This document shows, piece by piece, positions 1 through 14,272 of a DNA stretch of 64,000 nucleotides. The position numbers and the translations under genes were made by a program. The stretch lies in the NCBI RefSeq assembly GCF_009914755.1, contig NC_060935.1; one strand, written 5' to 3'. The notes under the pieces are model-generated. The model was not told the origin of the DNA. It worked only from the letters and a program-made list of their open reading frames with translations, and searched no databases. This DNA comes from the human T2T-CHM13v2.0 reference genome, Homo sapiens. The first letter of the stretch is position 1. The number at the start of each line of letters is the position of its first letter.

Positions 1-59
1 ACCTTGACGAAGACTTTTAAATAACAATAGAGGGGAAAGAAGTCCAAGAGTTAAGGATT

Positions 60-640
60 ATGTCAGGGAAGGATCCTAGAAGGACATAATATCAAGTTCA
101 CATATGAAGTTTGAGCAGGCAGTAGTCAGGCAAAGAGAGTAGGGCATGGAGAAGGGCATTTGCAGAAAAGAAGAGTGAGAAATGCAGGAGCCCATGAGTT
201 TGAAAAATTCCACGTCATGCCGTGTGGTTGGAGTACACATGCAAGAAGGGAGTGGTAAGAAATGAGCTGGAAGCTTCAGTGAGAGGTCGAACATGTAAGG
301 CTTGGTTGCCTTATTCCAAGAAGGTCGGAATTTATCTAAAAGTCAGTGGGAGCATAATGAGTATTATGGTTTATTTGAACAAAGATCACACTGGGCGCAG
401 TGTGAGTAATACATTGTGGGGACTTAAGCCTGGGACATAAAGACTAGTTAGGTGGCTGCTCTAATTCTGATGAGACATAATGGTGGCTTGAAGTGGGTAG
501 TTGTGTCTGGGAAAATACAGGTGGAATTTAAGAGTAATTTGAGAGGTGGAATTTATAGGACCTAGTGGCTGACTAGACGCAAACAGTGAGGGTTGTTTTC
601 TGGCTAATCAGATGGCGATCCCAAGGTGAGAATATAAAAG
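60..640 (-). mobile_element. Degenerate L2 fragment
   Basis: Purine-rich sequence with L2-like motifs (aaagatcacactgg; ataatggtggcttgaagtgggtag; gaggtggaatttataggacc). Boundaries approximate. Confidence 0.6.
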
Positions 641-709
641 GAGAAAGAATGTTCTAGATATCCACAGTTGCATGATTTTTCTCTATCCCTGGCTTTTTCA
701 TACAAACCC

Positions 710-1030
710 TAAATATTGAGTAACTTACTTAACTTACTAAGCCTTAGTTTCTTCATCTGTATAATGGTTTAAATAACATCTACCACATAGGCTCACAGCA
801 AGAAAAATGACTTTCATAGAAGTTATCAAAATAGTAGGGATGAATTCTGACCCTACCATTTAATAAAAATGTGATTATAAATTTGAGTTACTTTACTAAA
901 ATCTTTTGTTTTCCTATTTTGAAAATGAAGATAACAAAAGGTAAATGCTTGTTTTTTGTGGAATTTAAATAACATAATGGAGGCTTCAGTAGTACATCTC
1001 ACTATTTAGGAGCTGTTATTACATCATCAT
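710..1030 (+). mobile_element. Two MIR fragments
   Basis: MIR core variants ccttagtttcttcatctgtataatgg and gttttcctattttgaaaatgaagataac. Confidence 0.6.
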
Positions 1031-1988
1031 CACATCTGTGCTATAAGAAAATGAGATATGAGAATCTATTCTATCTAGTGAATAATCTAACGAAGTGAAG
1101 GATATGGTTTCATAGACTTGAGAAGGACAATATGTAACATGTTAATAGTAAGTACATGAGACAAAAAGATGAACAGGACGTGACTGGCTAGAACTGAGAT
1201 TTTTAAATAAAATATGACCGTAAACAGTGGGTCAGAAACTTTGCAGTTGGCTAAAAGTTAATTGTGCTTATGGTCAAGGCAAAGTCTCTGGAGAGCTCTA
1301 CGTGGCATGGGAAGTAGATAATAGTACTTTGTTAAAACATAGTGTACTCTCATTCATGCTCAATAAAACAGGAGATTCATTTGCTGGGAGCTGAAAGATC
1401 TATTGCACTTACTCTACTCATACAAAGTAGGAGGTAAAAATGTCTCACTGCATTTTTCTTTTGGAATTTCTACCAAGGATTCTGGCCTATTCAAGGGAAC
1501 CTCATGCCAAATGGAGAACTGAAGGGAGGAGGCACAGCAGAAAAAAAACACTACAAACTATTCCACAGGCTCATTCTAACCAGATTGTGGTCCCAGGGCA
1601 GGAAAGGGGGAGCTTTTGATGAGAATCACAGATTTTCTGGTATGCAGTATGTCTTTGGCTACAACTGTGTAGGTTGTGGCAACTTACCAGACAGCCAGAA
1701 AATTCTGTGGTGGCTTGGGGCCTGGCAATTCAGTGGTGGCTTCTAAATCTTTAGAAGGCTCAACTTTCTCTTGAGGTTTTGAAACTATGCAGCTTTGACA
1801 TGCCTCATATGAAACTGTCTAAGCATGGTTATTTAATCTCCTTTTCTGGACTTTTTAAAACTCACAACCATACTCTATCATTAAAGAGAAAAAAATAGCC
1901 CCATGTATTCACAAAGAAGCTGAGTTTTCTGTGAATGAGGTTTCGGCAATGCTGGAGGGCATAATTTTCAGGTGACATGACCAAATTT

Positions 1989-2022
1989 TATGTGTGTGTG
2001 TGTGTATGTGTGTGCGTGCATG
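1989..2022. repeat. Imperfect (TG)n microsatellite
   Basis: tatgtgtgtgtgtgtgtatgtgtgtgcgtgcatg. Confidence 0.85.
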
Positions 2023-2619
2023 TTTCAAATGCTGTCTGCACATCTTGTGTTCGTTATTACAGGAGATATTTCATAGCTCAAACAAATTTAGGAAGCACCA
2101 ATTTGTTCTCAAGGTTATTATCAACAGATGTTTTATTATTTTGATCACACAAGACAAGTCTCTGAAAAGACCTGCTCTATATGGGGCACTCAACATAAAC
2201 TAATCTGAAAGTATGAAAGAATGCTTCCACCATATGGTTCAGTCTGCATGTGGCTATAAATTGTGCATTCTAGATGTGAACTGGGTTAATATTCAATTTC
2301 CTTTCTCAGGATTCTAAGAATGATACACAGCCTTCTAAGACTAATTCATTAATTCAATAACCTTGAGATTTAAAAGATAGCTGATTTCACAGTCAGTGCT
2401 GCCTTCATTTAATGCCATTACTCTTTCTTCCCTACTGATCACAAATGCAGATTCTATGTTCAAAGTGAGAAACATCCCCTTAGAAACCAGAGGCAAGAAT
2501 CCCCTTGTTAGCTGTTCAAATGCCAAGCTTTCCAAAGTGAAAATTATAATACTATGTGAAACAATACAGTCAGCCCTGATAATCAGTAGAAATAGAAACA
2601 CTGAAACCATAGAGCAAGT

Positions 2620-2800
2620 GGTTCTTTGTGAAATTTTGGATTTGAACAAGTCTCAGTTCAAATCTCAGCTCTCCCACATCCTGGCTATGTATGCAATCTT
2701 ATACTAGTTACTTAATCACTCAACACCACAGTATGCAAAATAGATATGACAATAATTACTTCAGAGTTGCTGCAAGGAGGATTAGGTAAGGTAATACAAT
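2620..2800 (+). mobile_element. MIR
   Basis: cagttcaaatctcagctc...tagttacttaatcactc...ggattaggtaagg. Confidence 0.6.
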
Positions 2801-3218
2801 GGATGGATTTAACAACAAAGATCAGATTTCCAGAACATTTGGGGAAAAAATTCCCTTCTTATTCAGAACAGCCAAGTCTGAGTGATGCATAGGTTGTCCA
2901 GGCAGAGCAGTATGCTGCATTTCAACTGCATCTGAAAGTGTTGCCAAAGGATTTGATCAGTTCACCTAGGAGCATCCTCGAGGTTCCACCAAACATGATA
3001 GGTCAAACGTGTGTTGTAATGTCTATCAAACCAAACAGGCTGAAGACAGCCCGTCCCTAAAGTAATATGCTTGAAGAGAAGGGGATTAACTAACACTGAC
3101 ACAAGTTTAATTTTGAAGCAGTAATAAATAGTTCTCACAAAATATTTTGTCACCTGGATATTTTATCATTGAATTCAGGAATAGAGAAACATACTACAAC
3201 TAGGAAACATTCACTTTA

Positions 3219-3527
<309 letters not shown>

Positions 3528-4059
3528 TTAACAACTGGCCAATGGAAAAGGCTGGGTTTTCATTTTACCACAGCAAAGTGAATAAGAAAGATTATTTTTT
3601 CCTTTTATCAGGTTTGTATCATGGAATAGTTACATAGAACAAGAAGAGTCAAGTCTAGTTGACATTTTATGATAGCTTGCCCTGATCATCCCATTCACAT
3701 GTCTGTCTCCCCTTCTACCTTTAATCTCTCTGAGGGCAGAGACTGTCTCATTCATTTCCTATTCACAGCATCTTACACACCCGCCACAGAGGTGATCAAT
3801 TTACACTTGTTGAATAAACAACCCATGAATTCCAGGCACCACAGTAGGCATTCAATGCATATTTATAAAATATGATAAAATTTTAGGAGGGAGAATAATA
3901 ATCAGGAGCATTGCCAGAGGGAGGAAACCATATAGGAAATAGTTAAAGAAATGTGGAGGTAGATGAATCTTCAGAAGAGAAGACGAAAGGGAAGAGATTG
4001 ACGCTGGTTTCTCAAGGCCTATAACATGAATAGCAATTGGACTAGTAGTAATAATAATA

Positions 4060-4280
4060 ATTACTATTAACAAATTATTATATAATACTTATTAGGGCTA
4101 GGCACTATTCTAAGCAGTCTATTTTCTATTTTTGGACTTACTTAGTCGTCACAGGAATCCTTGGAGGTAGGTATTATTATCATCCCTGCTGTACAGATGA
4201 GAATACTGAGCCACAGTGGGGCTCACATTCACAAAGCAGGTAAGTGTTAAAGCTACAGTTTGATTTCAGGCTAAATGACT
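4060..4280 (-). mobile_element. MIR
   Basis: ggcactattctaagc...gaggtaggtattattatcatccc...acagatgagaatactgag. Confidence 0.75.
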
Positions 4281-4689
4281 ACAAAGGCCACACTCGAAAC
4301 ACTTTGCTGTATTTGTAAAAATACACAGAATTTAGTAGAAGAAAATTCAAACCAGTTTAAGAAAACGCTTTCAAACAGTAATTGTTCCAAATTTAGAGGG
4401 CTAAAGAGTTCTCACTGGAAGTACAAGATAAAAACTTGGTATGTAGAAATGTCTTTCATAGTACTTAATATTTATAATTGTTGCTTTTAGAAAAGTAAAT
4501 TTAAATACTTTGGGGTGATTTAAAATCCAATTTTTTATAAGAGAACTATTTCTTTTGATTTCAGCTTAGTTTGGATGAGAAATCAATGACCATATTTTGA
4601 CATTTTCAGTTAGTTTCACCTGAGTAGGATGATTAACTGAAATTGTATGATATTAAAATAAAACAAAAAAACCACAGTCACAAGAGATA

Positions 4690-4890
4690 ATGGGAAAGGA
4701 ATCAAGCTGTAAGTTAAAGATGTGAATTTCAGACTGCCCTTTGCTATGTATTGAGTGACCCTTGGGAACCCATGTAAACACCTCCTGAGCGTTTGTTTTC
4801 TTATTTGCAAAATGAGGAGCATCATGTTTCCTTTTCCTATTTCACAGGGCACTTTGGAGAATAAAATGAATATCTAAGAAATAATTTGAA
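4690..4890 (+). mobile_element. MIR
   Basis: gtgacccttggg...gttttcttatttgcaaaatgagg. Confidence 0.65.
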
Positions 4891-5449
4891 AATAGTGACG
4901 TAATATGAAATATGAGATGTATCATAATATATACATTATGTCAAACAAGTAAAACAATAATGCTGCATGCATACAACTAAGCATCTCATTGATTTTAAGT
5001 TTCAGAAAATATAGATACGTTTTTATGAGAAAAATGTCTACAACACAATTGGAACACTGATTTAACTGTATTCCTATTCACGAGTTCCAAAAATGCTAAA
5101 CATGCAGGATGTGATGTCACTTTTGTTATTGTTTTTCCCTGGAGTTAGGGCAATGTTACGGAGCTTTGAATAAGTTAGGCAGATGAGCAGGGAGAAGTAT
5201 GGCTTATTTCCCAAACATTAAGGAATAATCACAAACAAAAATAAATGTATCTCTATCTACCTACTGTTTTCATCTTTCTCTCTCAGCTGCTTTCAGGCTT
5301 TCAATATTTACCTTTGTTATCTGGCTTAGTTTTCCTTTTGATAGGTGGGCTTAAGTCTTGAAGGCAATCTGACTATATCATGACTAGTGAGAGAATGAAT
5401 ATATTACTCCAAAAAGTCTTCCATATTTTCCATGTTTGCTGGTCACATC

Positions 5450-5650
5450 TTAGTGATTTAAGACAGATTAACCAGCTCTGCCATATACTTGTTATGTGAC
5501 CCGGGACAAATGTGTTAACTTCTTTGAACCACAGTTTGCTTATCTATAAAACAGAGGCTCAAAACTTATGTAACATGCTTATTGTTAAGATATAAAAGAG
5601 CCATTGTAGAGTGATTAGAATATAAGGTCCAAACTTCAATAAACAATAGA
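5450..5650 (+). mobile_element. MIR
   Basis: ccagctctgcc...tgtgacccgggacaaatg...cagtttgcttatctataaaac. Confidence 0.65.
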
Positions 5651-5754
5651 GAGTTATACTTACTGTTACACTGCCACTGCTACCAGCACTAGAAACAGAT
5701 GCACTGAGCATTGGTCCCAACCTCCAAAGAATATTCTTTTTTCTTATTTATTTT

Positions 5755-6022
5755 CCTATCTATCTATCTACCTACCTACCTATCCATCCATTTACTATCT
5801 AGTGACATGCATAACTGCATACAATTACATGAAAGAAATATATGCATATATATAATATAGAATATAGAATGTATATAAATATATATGAAACAACATACTT
5901 ATTAAAAAGTATGTAAATGAAAATGTATAGACATATGCATACATATATTTGTACATATATGTTTATACTTGTATATACATATTTGTATATCTGTTACATA
6001 TATGCATAAACAAACACACACT
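5755..6022. repeat. Compound microsatellite / TA-rich low complexity ((TATC)n(CTAC)n(CATC)n, then degenerate (TA)n)
   Basis: Directly visible. Confidence 0.8.
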
Positions 6023-6572
6023 CTCAGGAGGAAAAACTAGTTTTTATCCTTTGTCTTTTGCTGGAAAGCTAAATTGATTATTCTAGTGATAAAATGCCAA
6101 ATGAAAAAAAATAAACTAAGGAAAAATTTAGCCCTTTAGGGCCTTAAACTTTTGGACTCCAGATTTTCCTTTGGTTCAGCTAAAATCAAAGTGAACAGGA
6201 GCCAAGTTAGTTAACATTCTATTAGTGGCTGCAGGTGTCTCCTCAAAAAAATTATTTAACTACTAGAGGCTCATCATTGAGTAGTGATAAATCTGCTTAG
6301 TTACATTGGTTTTATTGAGCCATATTTTAGTTCATAGGTTTGTATATTAAAATATCTACAGGTTTTTTTTAATCAATAGAATGTGAAATAATAATCTCTG
6401 GAAACTTTAGTTTTCTAATCATAATTCAGTGATTCTAAGAAAAGAACAGTACTGATTCCATTGTTTTCAACCTGGAATTTGTATATTTAACTTTTTTGTT
6501 GGTTATTTTTGCTGTACCCCAAATATATCTGACTTTCCATCTTTCTAGCTCCAGGTAGAAAGGAGATTTGCT

Positions 6573-6939
<367 letters not shown>

Positions 6940-7013
6940 TCATTGCCAGAGATAAATTTAAAATCCAGGTTGTGATTACAAAGGTGAACACATCACGATG
7001 AAGTCTTGGTCAG

Positions 7014-7535
7014 TGTGATGATTAATTTTATGTGTCACCTTGACTGGCTTAAGGGATACCCAAATAGCTGATAATAACATTGCCTCTGGTGTGTCTGTGA
7101 CGGCAGCTCTGGAATAGATTAGCATTTGAATCAGTAGGCTGAGTAAAGAAGTTCTCCCTCACCAATGCGGGTGAGAGTCATCCAATCTGTTGAGGTCCCA
7201 GATAGAACAAAAAGGCAGAGGAAGGACAAATTTGCTCTCTTCTGGAGGTGGGACATCCATTATCTCTTCCTACCTTGGAACATCAGAGCTCCAGGTTTTC
7301 AGACCTTTGGTCTCTAGATTTTATATGGATCCTGCCCCTTGTTTTCCCCTCTTCTCAGATGTTTGGCATCAGACTGAATTAATTGTACCACTGACTTTCT
7401 TAGTTCTCTGGATTGCAGATGGCAGATTGTGTGACTTCTTGTCTTCCATAATTACATAAGCCAATTCTCATACTAAATCCCCTCATATATATATATATGT
7501 CCTACTGATTCTTTTTCTCTGGAGACTCTAATACA
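7014..7535 (+). mobile_element. MLT2 (ERVL) solo LTR
   Basis: Starts tgtgatgattaattttatgtgtcaccttgactgg and ends ctctaataca (TG...CA); 5-bp TSD gtcag/gtgag. Confidence 0.9.
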
Positions 7536-7659
7536 GTGAGTCTCTGTCCTTGGAAGACTAAAATAGGAGTAAGATATAAACTTGCAATCTGGTAGGTCAT
7601 TGAGATTTTTCGGTAACCTATCCTGACTGATACAGTGTCTTTGTAGAATTTCAGTTTCA

Positions 7660-7900
7660 ACGTTGAGCATCTACCTTGTGCCAGGTGCTGGGAATATAAG
7701 GCGAATAAAATATGATGCTCATTTTTTAGTCAGTATATATAAAAGGTAGGCACATGTGAACACATGATGAGAAGAAAGCCTTGAAGTAATGAAGAGAAGG
7801 GACAAGCTAACTCTGGGGATATTTGACAAGGCTTTTCAGGGGAGATAACATATTAGCTGGGTTTTGAATGATAAGAAGAAGTTGATCAGTTAAAAATGGT
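7660..7900 (-). mobile_element. L2 3' fragment
   Basis: ttgagcatctaccttgtgccaggtgctgggaatataagg. Confidence 0.65.
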
Positions 7901-8669
7901 AATAGAGTGAAGAATAATTTTAGAATCAATAAATCTGATTGGTAATATTGAGTTAAATCCAAGGTGACATTTTTCTAAATGACTACATGTGCATTTTTAA
8001 TTTAAGCTAAGTCTATATAGACCAAACATCTTAAACTTTAAAACCACGTAATTCACCAAACAGGTTTTAATGCCTATTTTCATAATACATACATTCTTTT
8101 CCTTCAAACAATAGATAATTTGAGAGTTTAAAATGCATCAGGCTCATCAACATCAAGGTAAATGGATAAAATATAAGCTTGTAAACTCTGAATTCTAACA
8201 ATTGCTCAAATGCTTGAAATAATTTCAGTTTTTCCTAATGTACATCTCTGTGTAACTAGGCTCTATTTCGAGCTACTAGTGTTTTTATTACTTCTCTGTG
8301 TGTTTTTCCTTTTCCTTTCTTCCCACTGAAGCAGGTATTCATTGTAGGAGGAAGCAGGGAGAAGCAGGGTTGAACTCAGAAGCAGCCTGTAAAGATTTCC
8401 CTGCTTTTGTTTTCAAAACCTAATAAACACGTTAGAAAATTAAAGGGTTTGGGGATAAGGTACAATGGAGAACAGGAATTCTCTACAAAAGCACAAAGTC
8501 TTGATGAAGAAGAGAACAAGAGTGAGGTTTCCAAAATTGGGGGTGGGTAGGGTGAGGAATGATTATGTTGACTAAGAAAGGGGAGAAAATATCTGTCAGA
8601 GATGGACATTTTAAAGCATGTCTAAGAAGTTGGGGCCCTATGCAGTTTCCTAAAAATTTCATGACCTGC

Positions 8670-9210
8670 TATGTAATAGGGTTTTGTTGTTTACTTTCAT
8701 ATGACAAAAGCACCAATGCAAACTGGCTAATAAACTGTATTCATAGCTTTCTGTAATAAAAATTCAGAAGGAAAGTTTCAAAGATGGTTTGATTTACGGT
8801 CTGTAGATGTCACCAAGCCTGTTTTCTTACCTTCATTTATCTATTCTGCCATCTAAAATGCTGGTTTCATTCTAAAGATGGAAACCCCTACAGTCACAAA
8901 ACAGCTTCAAGCTACTCTTCCAGATACAGGGTTCCTTACTTCGTGCTCATAGAGAAGGGTGGGCTTCTGCCTCAAAGTTCTAAGTAAGAATCATGGAATT
9001 TGCTCTGATTTTACTGGATTAGGTTGCATATCCACCACTAATGGAGGCCAGGGTATCAATTGGCCTAAATCAGTAAAAACCCACCCTTGCAATTCAGAGT
9101 CATGTCAGCTTCTAGCAAAGCACAGGGATTATCTGAACCAAAATCTAGGGACAATTAGGAAGGGGTAGGAAGAATAACATGAGGAGATAACCAACAAAGG
9201 TCCACTATTG
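8670..9210. mobile_element. Old MaLR LTR (MLT1J/K/L-like)
   Basis: caaactggctaataaac...ctctgattttactggattaggttgcatatccacc motifs; highly diverged. Confidence 0.5.
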
Positions 9211-9782
9211 AAAGAAACAACTCAGAGAGGGGTAATGACTATCACAGCAGTTATTTGTGAGGATAAACCAAACAATGTGTGGGTTGTCTTGTCACTGTGT
9301 AAGGACATAGAACTGCTGGACAATTCTGCAGATGACTGAAGTAGTTGGGAAAGCACTAGGAATGACTGAAGTTATATTTTTTGCCAGCCTGAGAGTTAAG
9401 CTACAGAAATATAGAGCCAAAGCTGTTATGATTTGTTCAGTTGCAAATAGCAAAATTTCCAGCTTTACCATTTCTCAAGACCTGTAATCTAGTGACCCAG
9501 GTATTATTCAGATGTTAGACCTCTTTGTGTATTCCCTGGATCTTTGTTATTTCCAATATTCTCAGAATCTGGTAACTCCATCAGATCCTAAACTCGTACC
9601 CCTGAGTTAGATATTTTCTTGCCAAATCTCCTTAGCCACCCACACCTTGTTTTTACAAATTATGGAAATAAATCTACTTTGATTAGAACATTCAACTTGG
9701 GGATACAGCTTTGTCATTTCTATGCAAGTCTTTCCATTGCAGATTTTGTCTAAAAGCTGTTAGTTTTAAAAGTACCCTTATA

Positions 9783-10111
9783 CAGTCATGTGTTGCTTAA
9801 TGACAGGGATATGTTCTGAGAAATAGATTGTTAGGCAATTTCATCATTATGTGAACACCACAGAATGTACTTAAGCAAACATAGATGGTATAGCCTAGGC
9901 TACATGGTATAGACCATTGCTCTTAGGATACAAACCAGTACAATCAATATGTTAATACTGAATATTATAGACAATTGCAACACAATAGTGAATATTTGTG
10001 TATCCAAACATAGAAAAGTTACAATACAAATAGGGTATTATAATCTTATGGGACCACTGTTGTATAGGCAGTTTGTCATTGATCAAAATGTTGTTATGTG
10101 GTACATGACTG
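9783..10111 (-). mobile_element. Tigger3a/MER7A (Tc1/mariner non-autonomous DNA transposon)
   Basis: Terminal inverted repeats cagtcatg...catgactg with a left-flanking TA; internal ttataatcttatgggaccactgttgtata. Confidence 0.9.
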
Positions 10112-10852
10112 TCCTAGCATTAGATGTGCTGGTAAAAATCAGGGCCATGTCAAAGATGGGGTAATATTGTAACAAGTGATTCGCAGAAGAAAATATATTG
10201 GTCAGTTTAGATGATGTGAGGGCAGTAAGACTTGGACTAATGAACTGGAAGACAGCACTTGTTAATAATCAGGTGGCAGAGGGTTTGTGAGGCGAGAGAA
10301 AGGAGATAACTCAGCTGAGCACTTACAGAGAAAAATGGAGAAGGCTGGAGTCAGCAGCTGAATTTCAGCTAAATGCATTTTGTGCCGATTCATCTAACTC
10401 AGCCCTTTGAGGTATGTTTACTAGGCACTTCTCATTCCTGACACTTTGATGCTTACATCTAAAGAAAAGTTAGATTAATGCCCCTCCGAATGTCTGTAAA
10501 CTATATTTCTAACACACACATTTTTTTCCCTGACATCTGACTCAGATAGTTAACACTGCAAAAGCACTTTGCACACACAAAAGCCAGCTGGTTTCCAAAT
10601 CAGAAAGGTTTCTAGGCAGTGGAGACCTAAATTTGCAGACCTGTCCCTAGTCATTCTTTTTACTTGCCACTTTAAGAAAAATTGCTCTTTCATTCTTGGA
10701 AGTTAGGACACAGTAATGAGTTAAAGGAGACTATATGTATAAGCTTTGGGGTATTAAGGTTTATGGCAACCTGCCAATGTTGTTCTACTGGAGAGCTTTG
10801 CTTTATCATCTTACCTCCATGGTGAAAGACATGATTAGAATTTAGAAAAGGT

Positions 10853-11058
10853 CTAAATAATAATTTAATTGTACATTTTAAAATAACAAAAAAGTATAAT
10901 TGGATTGTTTGTAACACAAAGGATAAATGCTTGAGGGATGGATACTACATTTTACATGATATGTGATATTACACACTGCATGCCTGTATCAAAACATCTC
11001 ATGTACCCCATAAATATATACACCTACTATGTACCAACAGAAATTAAAAGTAAAAATT
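10853..11058 (+). mobile_element. L1MA-type 3' end fragment
   Basis: tgtaacacaaaggataaatgcttgagggatggatac...catgtaccccataaatatatacacctactatgtacc; flanked by agaatttagaaa repeats (likely TSD). Confidence 0.88.
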
Positions 11059-11124
11059 AGAAAAGAATTTAGAAAGAATTTAGAAAAAGAAATTAGAAAA
11101 ATAATTAGAAAAATAATTTAGAAA
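11056..11124 (+). repeat. Degenerate (AATTTAGAAA)n tandem repeat at the L1 tail
   Basis: About six copies of aatt(t)agaaa. Confidence 0.8.
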
Positions 11125-11379
11125 TGTTGCATTGCGTGAAGAATCTATGCAATGCAACATTTATTTTGAGAACAGGCTGTGGCAATATGACCCTAGGACA
11201 TGACCTACCTGACAACTTCAGAATAGTGATAGCTAAAGTACAACTTCAAGATACATTTGTATAAAGCCCCACTTGTTGGCAAGTTATACATTCCTGATTT
11301 GGGGTACCTAGATATAAGAGGAATTTAAGGGAAGGCTCATGTAGACATAGGAAAGAGGGTGGTGGTTTCTGATTGGGTC

Positions 11380-11980
11380 CTTGGGACAGTTATAACATGG
11401 GAATTGGAAGTTGCCAGTTTTCTCTTTCTCCTTCTTTCCCTCTCTCTCATCTCCAGTCTCTAGCTTTCTCTGCAGGAAGGCTCATTATTTCAGATGACAT
11501 TACTTCATATGGCAAAAAGACCACATAGTGGCCACTTTTCTGTATTGTATGTCACACTTTACTACACAGTGGGAATGCTGCCCCCTCTCTGCTCCCATAC
11601 TCCACTGTAGAAAATCCTGAGAAACAATCTGCTTGGCTTGATTTCGCTCAGGTGCCAGCTTCTAAACTGCACATGTGACCACCAAGATAGTTCTAAAACT
11701 AAAGATTTTCCATGCTCCAGCCCCAGAGGTTCGGATCCATTGGGTTTAGTTGAGATTCATCTGGTCTAATTATCAGTATTATTTCTTACTAGCTAACCTG
11801 GTTATTCCAATGAGCAGCTCTAGACAAATCAACTGTGTGACCAGGGGTACTATGACTGCATTCTTTCCCAGAATCACGGGGTTGGAAAGAGGAGAAGGGC
11901 AGTTCCCTAAAAGGAGGAGGATGCTTTTTAAAAAGAAGAGGTGCTTTTAATGCACGACAAAACACTAGCTGTTTAGCATT
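11380..11980. mobile_element. Old MaLR-like LTR remnants with a MER5-like fragment (~11690-11820)
   Basis: gcttggcttgatttcgctcaggtgcc...aatcaactgtgtgaccagggg; ccccagaggttcggatccattgggt. Confidence 0.4.
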
Positions 11981-12439
11981 TTATATGCAGAGATTAGAAA
12001 TGGGGAGTCATTAAAATAAAATATTTTAAAAAGGTATCAGAGCAAAATATCATAGTCTCAAACTATTGAAAATAAAACACTGTAATTTCTTATCTAGCCT
12101 GGAACTAAGTTCTCATGAGTTAATAAAGAAAAGAAAAGAGTTGCAGAGTGCTATGTTATTCTAGAAAAAATTATGGTTGTAAATCAAGGACAGATTCCAC
12201 TTATATACTTAACATACTTAAATATATATTAATAATTGGGCATACACACATTTCAGAGATCACTTAAAAAGCATACTATTAACCACAAATATAGTCACAT
12301 ATGTGCACACATATACACACGCACACAAAGTAGAAGCATATATTTGCCTTTTGATATAGTCAAATAATCATAGCCTAAAGTTATACAAACAATGTCATCT
12401 TTAAAAAGGTGGGGGTAGATAAATGTTTGTGTATAAACA

Positions 12440-12678
12440 TTATAATAGCTAATAATACTGATAATCTAGTATCTAGTTCTAGGAACTCTTTTAGGCATTC
12501 ATATGTTATTTTTATTTTTATTTTTTTTACCACAATGCTATGAAGTAGATAGTAGTACCCCATTCATTACAGAGAAAACTGAGGCTTTAACGGGTTAAGT
12601 AATGAACGGTCATTCAGGAAGTGGCTGATTCTAGACTCTAACAAGGTCTGAGTTCAAAGACTGTGCTTCTTTCCACCA
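12440..12678 (-). mobile_element. MIR
   Basis: cattacagagaaaactgaggctttaacgggttaagtaa. Confidence 0.75.
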
Positions 12679-14272
12679 TTTTTATTTTTATTTACTTTTT
12701 GTTTTATAATAAAAAAAATCTTCTAAATTTGATATTTCTGATTTTTCCTTGGAATTTTACAAATTATAATTTTTTCCAGCTATTACTGTAGATTCCAGGG
12801 GACATGTGCAGGTTTGTTATAAAGGCATATTGTGTGACGCTGAGGTTTGGAGTACAATCAAACCTGTAACCCAGGAAGTGAGCATGGTCCTAAGTAGGAT
12901 GTGTTTCAGGCCTTGCAACCTTCCCTCCTTCCCTCTCCCCTCTGATGTTCCCCAGTTATCTATTGTTCCCATGTTTATGTCCATGTGTATCCAATGTTTA
13001 ATTCTCACTTATAAGTGAGAACACACAGTATTTGGCTTTCTGTTTCTGCGTTAGTTTGCTCAGGATGATGGCCTCCACCTGCATCCATGTTGCCACAAAG
13101 GATATGGTTTTTTTATGGCTGTGTAGTATTCCATGTAAATGTATGTATATTTTCTTTACCCAATCCACCACTAATGGGCACCTGGGTTGATTCCATGTCT
13201 TTGCTATTGTGAATAGTGCTGTGATAAATATATAGGAGCATGTGTCTTTTTGGTAGGATGATTTATTATTCTTTGGGTAGATACCTAGTAATGGGATTGC
13301 TGGGTGAAAAGGTAGTTCAACTCTTAGCTCTTTGAGAAATCTCCAAACTGCTCTTCACGGTGGCTGAAGTAATTTACATTCCCATCCACAATGTAAAAGC
13401 ATTCCCTTTTCTCCACGTCCCTACCAACATCTATTATTTTTTGACCTATTATCAAAAGCCATTCTAACTGGTATGAGGTGGTATCTCACTGTGGTTTTGA
13501 TTTGCATTTCTCTGATGATTAGTGATGATGAGAAATCTTTCATATGTTTTTCGGCTACTTGTATGACTTCTCTTGAGAAGTATCTGTTCATATACTTTGC
13601 CCACATTTTAGTAGAGTTATTTGTCTTTTGGCCTGTTTATTTGTTTAAATTCCTTGTAGATTCTGAATATTAGACCTTTGTAGATGTATAGTTTGCAGAT
13701 TTTTCTCCCATTCTGTAAGTTGGTTGTTTATTCCCTTGATAGTTTCTCTGGTGTGCAGAAGCTCCTTACTTTAATTAGGTCCCGTTTGTCAATTTTTGTT
13801 TTTGTTGCGATTCCTTTTGAGGATTTTGCCATAAATTCTTTGCCAATGCCAATGTTGAGAAGGGTATTTCTTGGGCTTTCTTTTAGGATTTTTATAGTTT
13901 GAGGTCTTATATTTAAGTCTTAATCCATCTTGAGTTAAATTTTGTATATGATAAAAGGTAAGGGTCCAGTTTCATTCTTCTACATATGAATAGCCAGTTA
14001 TCCCAGCACCATTAATTGAATAGGGAACCCTTTCCCTACTGCTTATTTTTGTAGACTTTGTCAATGATCAGATGGCTTTAGGTGTGTGGCTTTACTTCTG
14101 GGTTCTCTATGCTGTTTCATTGGTCTATGTGTCTGTTTTTGTGCCAGTACCATGCTATTTGGTTTCTGTAGCCTTGTAATGTAGTTGAAATCAGGTAATG
14201 TGATGCCTCCAGTTGTGTTCTTTTGCTTAGGATTCCTTAGGCTACTCAGCCTCTTTTTTGGTTACATAAGAA

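Noticed and set aside
11056-11124. Short repeated units as a possible CRISPR-like array
   Set aside because: There are no unique spacers, the context is eukaryotic, and the units derive from an L1 tail/TSD.
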